This document shows, one piece after another, positions 59,698 to 64,000 of a stretch of 64,000 bases of DNA. Position numbers and translations under genes: made by a program. The DNA is taken from contig DATATA010000074.1 of assembly GCA_036263775.1 (NCBI GenBank), positions 6,782-70,781 on the forward strand, read 5' to 3'. How positions within the stretch are numbered: position 1 is the stretch's first letter; each line of letters starts with the position of its first letter. The notes beneath the pieces are model-generated. The model was not told the DNA's origin and made no database searches. It saw nothing but the letters and a program-made list of their open reading frames with translations. The stretch is from Steroidobacteraceae bacterium. Lineage in GTDB: Bacteria > Pseudomonadota > Gammaproteobacteria > Steroidobacterales > Steroidobacteraceae.

Positions 59698-60773
59698 TGC
59701 TGCTGTTGAATCCGGGGCCGGTCACCTTGAGCGATCGCGTCAGGCGCAGCCTGCTGCAGCCGGATCTATGCCACCGCGAAAGCGAATTCTTCGATCTACA
59801 GGATGAGGCACGCAGCGGCTTGCTGGCCGCCTATGACTTGGATCCGGCACGGTGGTCTGCGGTGCTCATGACTGCTTCCGGCACCGCAGCGGTCGAGAGC
59901 ATGGTTGCGGCATTGGTTCCGCAAGGCGGCCGGCTGCTCGTGGTGGAGAACGGAACCTACGGCGAACGAATTTCGCGCATCTGCGCGCAATATGGAATTG
60001 CTCACGAGCGCATCGTCGGCGATTGGATGCGGGCGCCTGATTATGCCGCGGTGGGGGCAAGGCTTTCATCTCAGCCTAAGAGCGCGCGCTTTACACATGT
60101 TGCCGTCGTCCACCACGAAACCACAACCGGCCGACTGAACGATCTTGGCGAGTTGCTCGCGCTATGCCGCGAGCACGATGCGGACTTGCTGGTCGACGGC
60201 GTGAGCAGCTTCGGCGCCGAGTCGATCGACTTCGGAAATCCCGCGCTCGTTGCCGTCGCGGCCACGGCCAACAAATGCCTGCATGGCGTGCCGGGGGCCG
60301 CTTTTGTGATCGTACGGCGCAGCGAGCTGCCGAATGCGGTAAGCCGCACGTACTACTTGGATCTGACGCGGCTGGCGCGCCTCCAGGCTGAGCGCAATAC
60401 CCCCTTCACGCCGGCGGTGCATGCCTACTACGCGCTGGTCGAAGCCTTGCGCGAGTATGCCGAGCAGGGAGGGCGGGGCGCTCGTTTTCAGCGCTACGCA
60501 CAGCTGGCCGAGCGTGTCCGGGCGGGGCTCGCCGGCTTGGGTATCCAATCTGCCATACCGCCGCAGGAATCCTCCGTGGTCCTGCGCGCCTATTCGCTGC
60601 CGGCCGACATCGCTTACCCGGAATTGCACGATAGGCTGAAGGCCGATGGGTTCGTCATCTACGCGGGGCAGGGCAATTTATCCAAGAACCTGTTCCGAAT
60701 CTCGACGATGGGGGAATTAACCGCGGCGGACATCGATCGTCTGCTGGATTCCTTCTCGCGGCTGCCGCGATGA
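59697..60773 (+). CDS. 2-aminoethylphosphonate:pyruvate aminotransferase-like (class V aminotransferase)
   Basis: LLNPGP N-terminus and the PLP-lysine motif TANKCLHGVPGAAFV, as in PhnW. GTG start abutting the upstream stop. Confidence 0.85.
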   Translation: MLLLNPGPVTLSDRVRRSLLQPDLCHRESEFFDLQDEARSGLLAAYDLDPARWSAVLMTASGTAAVESMVAALVPQGGRLLVVENGTYGERISRICAQYGIAHERIVGDWMRAPDYAAVGARLSSQPKSARFTHVAVVHHETTTGRLNDLGELLALCREHDADLLVDGVSSFGAESIDFGNPALVAVAATANKCLHGVPGAAFVIVRRSELPNAVSRTYYLDLTRLARLQAERNTPFTPAVHAYYALVEALREYAEQGGRGARFQRYAQLAERVRAGLAGLGIQSAIPPQESSVVLRAYSLPADIAYPELHDRLKADGFVIYAGQGNLSKNLFRISTMGELTAADIDRLLDSFSRLPR

Positions 60774-62068
60774 AGGTTTTCGCCGTTGCTTCAGCCGCAA
60801 CGGTGATGGCCCTGGCCACTCCTTGTTGGGCGCAGATCCCCCCCGGCGATCCGGGAGTCCAAGCGCCCCCGGGTCCCGTTACGGTGCCGCCCCCGGCGGC
60901 TACTCCAGGATGGACCAAGTGGTTCAATCCCGCGACGGCACCGTTCATTCCGGTGCCTGAGATTGCGCAAGACCCGGACAGCGGCTTGACCCTCGGCTTG
61001 ATCCCGACCTGGGTGAAGACCGATGAAAATCGCAACGTCCGGCGCATCATCGCGCCGGACCTAATTTACAACCCGAACTTTGGTATCGGCATGCACGCGC
61101 GCATGTACGAATATGCATCTCGCGACGAGCAGTGGTCCATCGTGACGGGCATCAAGCAGCGGGTGGAGCGCGAGTTTGATGCGGAGTATCAAATCGGCCG
61201 CTTACGGGAGGACCGCTGGTCGATCAACTACAGTTTGGTGTATGACCGAGATGGTACGACGCGCTTTTACGGCATCGGCAATCAAACGCGGTCCGGCGCG
61301 CAGACCAACTACGTCGACCAGCAGGAGTACGGACAAGTACAAGTCGGCCTCAATTTCAACCATACCTGGCAGCTGCTCTACACCGTACGCCTGCGGGGAG
61401 TGGATGTGCAGCGGGGCGCGTTGGACGATGTGCCTTCAATTGAAACTCGATTCCAGGGGCTGCTGGGCACCGACAAGGAACTGCTTAACCGTCTGTCCCT
61501 GGTCTACGACACCCGCGATGACCTGACCGTGCCCTCACGCGGCATGAAGTGGGTTTTATATGTCGGCGCCTCGGCCAAGAACGGCTTGCTGAACGATTCC
61601 TCGTACAGCGAAGCGGGAATCGACGGCCGCGGCCTGTGGCCCGTCGCCCCGGATACGGTGCTCGCCGCACACATGTCGCTGCGTTACCTGCCGACCGTCA
61701 ATGACATACCGTTTTGGGCCTTGAGCAGCATCGGCGGGGGCCAGAGCGTGATCGGCGGCGAACAGCCGCTTCGCGGCTTCGGCCAGGGACGATTTTACGA
61801 TCGAGATTCCTTCTCCTCCACCATCGAGCTTCGGCACAAGGTCATCTCGTTCGACGCCGTGACGACACTGCTCGACATCGAAGTGGCTCCCTTCGCCGAC
61901 TTCGGACGTGTTTTTTCCCAATCCGGCACCAATCCCCTCAGCCACGTGCACCAAGTGTATGGAGTGGGCTTTCGCGGTATTGCGCGGCCGTTCGTCGTGG
62001 GGTACGTCGACATCGGCTACGGCAGCGAAGGCGCTGCGGTATTCACGGGCTTGAATTATCCTTTCTAG
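60770..62068 (+). CDS. Omp85/BamA-family outer-membrane beta-barrel (bacterial surface antigen domain), no evident POTRA domains
   Basis: Signal peptide, loop-6 type PLRGFGQGRF motif, alternating beta-strand pattern, and a C-terminal ...FTGLNYPF. ATGA overlap with the transaminase gene. Confidence 0.7.
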   Translation: MKVFAVASAATVMALATPCWAQIPPGDPGVQAPPGPVTVPPPAATPGWTKWFNPATAPFIPVPEIAQDPDSGLTLGLIPTWVKTDENRNVRRIIAPDLIYNPNFGIGMHARMYEYASRDEQWSIVTGIKQRVEREFDAEYQIGRLREDRWSINYSLVYDRDGTTRFYGIGNQTRSGAQTNYVDQQEYGQVQVGLNFNHTWQLLYTVRLRGVDVQRGALDDVPSIETRFQGLLGTDKELLNRLSLVYDTRDDLTVPSRGMKWVLYVGASAKNGLLNDSSYSEAGIDGRGLWPVAPDTVLAAHMSLRYLPTVNDIPFWALSSIGGGQSVIGGEQPLRGFGQGRFYDRDSFSSTIELRHKVISFDAVTTLLDIEVAPFADFGRVFSQSGTNPLSHVHQVYGVGFRGIARPFVVGYVDIGYGSEGAAVFTGLNYPF

Positions 62069-62186
62069 GAGTGGCCGTGACCTTGGGCTGTTCCGGATGC
62101 TCCTCGACGATTTCGTACCAAATCGCGTTCAGCACTGCAAAGGAAAGCGCAAGACCGGTGCCGAGAATCCAGCTGAAGTACCACAT
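62043..62186 (-). CDS. cydX: Cytochrome bd oxidase small subunit CydX-like (47 aa)
   Basis: Hand translation gives [47 protein letters not shown]. The N-terminus closely resembles E. coli CydX (MWYFAWILGT...). The start overlaps the cydB stop (TGATG). It is below the size cutoff of the ORF track. Confidence 0.75.
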   Translation of the reverse strand: MWYFSWILGTGLALSFAVLNAIWYEIVEEHPEQPKVTATPRKDNSSP

Positions 62187-63331
62187 CAGTAACGCCCCTC
62201 ATGGTCGTGCATGTTCTCAAGAGTAATTTGGCCTCGAAGTATCCTGAACACCCATCCGGTGTAGGCCAGAATGATGGGCAAGAACACGATCACGGCGGCG
62301 AGCATTATGAATAACGTCTTGGCGCTGCTGGAAGCATCCCACACGGTCAGGCTCTGGTCGGGGAATGTGGAGGAAGGCAGCAAAAACGGGAACAGCGCAA
62401 ATCCTCCCGTCAATACCGTGCCAGCTTGAACGAACACGCTGGCCAGGAACGCGGCGCCGCCATGCTGCAGGCGCAGCAGCACATAGGCGCTCAGCGCGCC
62501 CAACACCGCCGCGGCTGGTGCGGCCCACATCCAGGGCCACGCGCGGTAGTTGTTGAGCCAGGCGCCCGCGATGATGGCGACGTGCTTGTGCATGGGATCG
62601 GACGGTGCGGCGTGATTGACGGTGCCGGTGACTTGGTATCCGCCAAGCGTCGAGCAAATCCAGAAACCCGCGCAGAGAAACGCGACAAGATACACGCATG
62701 CAGCCACGCGGCCGGCCTGGCGCGCGCGCCCCGCCATCGGTTCGCCGACTTTCAATGCGGCGTACGCGTTGCCGTGCAGCACCAGCATGGAAAGGCTGAT
62801 GAGACCGCCGAGCAGCGCGAAGGGATGCAGCAAACTGAAAAGGCTGCCGCCGACGATGGGACGCTGCAGGCTGTCGAAATGAAATGGCAAGCCGAGAAAA
62901 AGATTTGCGAACGCCACGCCGAACAGCAGGCTGGGTAGGGCGCCGCCCAGGGTCAGCGCTGCATCCCATGCCGTGCGCCATCGGCCGTCCGTCAATTTGT
63001 CGCGATACGTGAAACCAACGGGGCGCAAAATCAATGCCAGGAGCACCAAGAACATGGCCAGATACAGGCCCGAAAAGGAGGTCGCGTACAGAAGCGGCCA
63101 CGCGGCAAAAGCCGACCCGCCGCCCAGCACGAACCAGACCTGGTTGCCTTCCCAAACCGGTTCGACCGATGAGAGCAGCGCGCGGCGTTCCGCATCGGTT
63201 CGACCGAGAAAGGTAAAGCTGGCGCCCAGCCCCAGGTCGAACCCGTCCATGATTGCGAATCCCGCGAGCAGCACGCCCAGAATCAGCCACCAGATCACGC
63301 GCAATGTCGCATAGTCGCGCAGCGTGTTCAT
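62186..63331 (-). CDS. cydB: Cytochrome bd ubiquinol oxidase subunit II
   Basis: Polytopic membrane protein with the typical CydB N-terminus (L..IWW.ILGVLL.GFAI.DGFDLG). It lies between cydA and cydX. Confidence 0.9.
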   Translation of the reverse strand: MNTLRDYATLRVIWWLILGVLLAGFAIMDGFDLGLGASFTFLGRTDAERRALLSSVEPVWEGNQVWFVLGGGSAFAAWPLLYATSFSGLYLAMFLVLLALILRPVGFTYRDKLTDGRWRTAWDAALTLGGALPSLLFGVAFANLFLGLPFHFDSLQRPIVGGSLFSLLHPFALLGGLISLSMLVLHGNAYAALKVGEPMAGRARQAGRVAACVYLVAFLCAGFWICSTLGGYQVTGTVNHAAPSDPMHKHVAIIAGAWLNNYRAWPWMWAAPAAAVLGALSAYVLLRLQHGGAAFLASVFVQAGTVLTGGFALFPFLLPSSTFPDQSLTVWDASSSAKTLFIMLAAVIVFLPIILAYTGWVFRILRGQITLENMHDHEGRY

Positions 63332-64000
63332 GTCGAATAGCCCAGGCCGTCGGGCCCGCGCCTGATCGTGCGCACCAAGAGAAAAGCGTCCACCGCTGCC
63401 AACACCGAATAGAAGACAACGAAGCCGGCGAGGGACAGCCAGACATTCCCCGCCGAAGTGCGCGACACGCCCAGGAATGTGGGCAGCACGCCGTCCACGG
63501 CCCAGGGCTGGCGGCCGTACTCCGCGACGATCCAGCCTATCTCGATCGCGATCCAGGGCAAGGGCAGGCTGAAAAAGGCGATCTTGAGAAACCAGGGGTG
63601 CCGCTCAAAGCGGTGGCGGCTCGCGAGATAAAACGCGGCGGCGAACAGTGCGATAAAAAATAAGCCCAGTCCCACCATGAGCCTGAAGCACCAAAACAGC
63701 ACGGGAACGTTCGGGACGGTCGACCAGGCGGCCGCGTCGATCTGCGCGGGCGTCGCGGCCGCGGGATTGTCGGTAAAGCGCAGCAGCAACAGTGCGTAGC
63801 CTAGGTCGGCCTGATTGGCTTCAAATCGTTGCAAAACGCCGGCATCCGGCGGATCCGCGGAGGCGCGCAGCAGCTGCAGCGCCGAGTAGGCTTCGATTCC
63901 TGCGACGATGCGTGCGCGTGCCCGGGCCACGAGATCGTCAATACCCAAGACCGGCTGATCGATCGACCGCGTAGCGATGAGACCCAACAGCCACGGGATT
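63328..64000 (-). CDS. cydA: Cytochrome bd ubiquinol oxidase subunit I; only the C-terminal part is in the window
   Basis: C-terminal CydA motifs ([12 protein letters not shown], ...[12 protein letters not shown]). The frame is open to the window edge. Confidence 0.88.
   Translation of the reverse strand, partial: IPWLLGLIATRSIDQPVLGIDDLVARARARIVAGIEAYSALQLLRASADPPDAGVLQRFEANQADLGYALLLLRFTDNPAAATPAQIDAAAWSTVPNVPVLFWCFRLMVGLGLFFIALFAAAFYLASRHRFERHPWFLKIAFFSLPLPWIAIEIGWIVAEYGRQPWAVDGVLPTFLGVSRTSAGNVWLSLAGFVVFYSVLAAVDAFLLVRTIRRGPDGLGYST

Noticed and set aside
62217-63446. 409-aa ORF on the minus strand overlapping cydB/cydA in another frame
   Set aside because: It is an Arg/Pro-rich shadow frame. 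The cydB and cydA frames give canonical polytopic membrane proteins.

Overview
This is a GC-rich, densely coding proteobacterial chromosomal segment, probably gammaproteobacterial. That guess rests on the fused thrA in a thrABC operon and on uvrC-pgsA-tRNA-Gly/tRNA-Cys synteny. It is mostly housekeeping: a partial acyl-CoA carboxylase, degP/mucD, ygiQ, thrABC, tatD, kynA, two DAHP synthases, panE, an M16 peptidase pair, mnmA, purB, fumC, nudix/mazG, hrpA, an ALDH7-type dehydrogenase, uvrC, pgsA and cydABX. I found no transposase, integrase, phage genes or CRISPR.

Three things stand out.
1. The aconitase gene acnA (22457..26602, minus strand) carries a clean in-frame 484-codon intein (23639..25090). 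It has all the canonical splicing blocks and a LAGLIDADG homing-endonuclease domain. It is inserted exactly at the third Fe-S cluster cysteine (GCTT|C...HN|CIGNSG).
2. A co-directional, largely translationally coupled cluster (about 52.4-62.1 kb) encodes 2-aminoethylphosphonate synthesis: a PEP mutase fused to a nucleotidyltransferase, phosphonopyruvate decarboxylase and a PhnW-like transaminase. It also encodes a second LicC-like nucleotidyltransferase, a CDP-alcohol phosphatidyltransferase, an MprF-type flippase-like membrane protein, Rieske and 2OG-Fe(II) oxygenases, and a POTRA-less Omp85 barrel. I read this as a candidate phosphonolipid synthesis and export system.
3. A roughly 240-nt intergenic element (44627..44866) has nested long-range helices with G-U wobbles and a strong intrinsic terminator. 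I treat it as a candidate structured small RNA.

Smaller observations: a receiver-Ser/Thr kinase plus CheA-like ATPase operon, a NERD protein coupled to thrC, an unlisted cydX small ORF, and two lipoprotein genes lying between tRNA-Gly and tRNA-Cys. All calls come from reading the motifs by eye. No database search was run.
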